From the IMG/VR virus record IMGVR_UViG_3300045988_119437, positions 72,768-136,767 of that record: a DNA stretch of 64,000 nucleotides. The stretch is one strand, 5' to 3'. This document shows, one piece after another, positions 63,926-64,000 of the stretch. The DNA is from a virus. The position numbers and the translations under genes were made by a program. Below the pieces are notes generated by a model. The model was not told the origin of the DNA, searched no databases, and saw only the letters and a program-made list of their open reading frames with translations. Each line of letters starts with the position of its first letter. Position 1 is the first letter of the stretch.

Positions 63926-64000
63926 ATGGCTTCAAAGAGTACCAAAGGAGAAATCCTCGCCAAGTTTTTTGATGACGGGGAATACACCGCTCTGTTTGCG
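63926..64000 (+). CDS. partial CDS (5' end only)
   Basis: ATG after GCAGGAGG; runs off the window. Confidence 0.4.
   Translation, partial: MASKSTKGEILAKFFDDGEYTALFA

Overview
Almost every gene in this window is on the + strand, packed with short overlaps; this looks like the early, replication and nucleotide-metabolism region of a large temperate phage or prophage of an anaerobic, probably Firmicutes, host. No structural or packaging genes fall in the window.

Recognisable genes: DNA polymerase III alpha; a RecD2-like SF1 helicase whose Walker A loop is split by a LAGLIDADG intein; DnaB-like helicase; DnaG-like primase; RecJ-like DHH exonuclease; ATP-dependent DNA ligase; DnaD-domain protein; a gp2.5-like SSB plus Sak4-like ATPase; ThyX; FolD; class III RNR NrdD/NrdG; dUTPase; two DNA methyltransferases (a C5 enzyme with rearranged motif order and a DPPY-type enzyme); a Lar-like protein; a PTP-fold CX5R phosphatase; a flotillin-like SPFH protein; a SleB-like hydrolase; an orphan MazF/PemK-like toxin; two tyrosine recombinases (one internal, one terminal with an excisionase and att-like repeats); HNH and GIY-YIG homing endonucleases.

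The most unusual part is a Pnkp-type polynucleotide kinase-phosphatase gene translationally coupled to a ligase-like nucleotidyltransferase gene, sitting immediately beside an island of seven phage tRNA genes. Several of the tRNAs are non-canonical, including three tRNA-Leu isoacceptors and a tRNA-Gln(UUG)-like gene with a 21-nt variable region.

Other signals: in-frame TAG codons inside otherwise intact coding sequence (twice in the HNH gene, once in a duplicated small gene); a roughly 20-nt motif (GTATCCTGTRTWATATAG) present seven times in both orientations, twice as the core of perfect-consensus sigma70 promoters; a candidate ~100-nt sRNA between a consensus promoter and a terminator; four frameshifts at homopolymer runs.

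All calls rest on motif-level reading of the supplied translations and sequence; no database searches were run.
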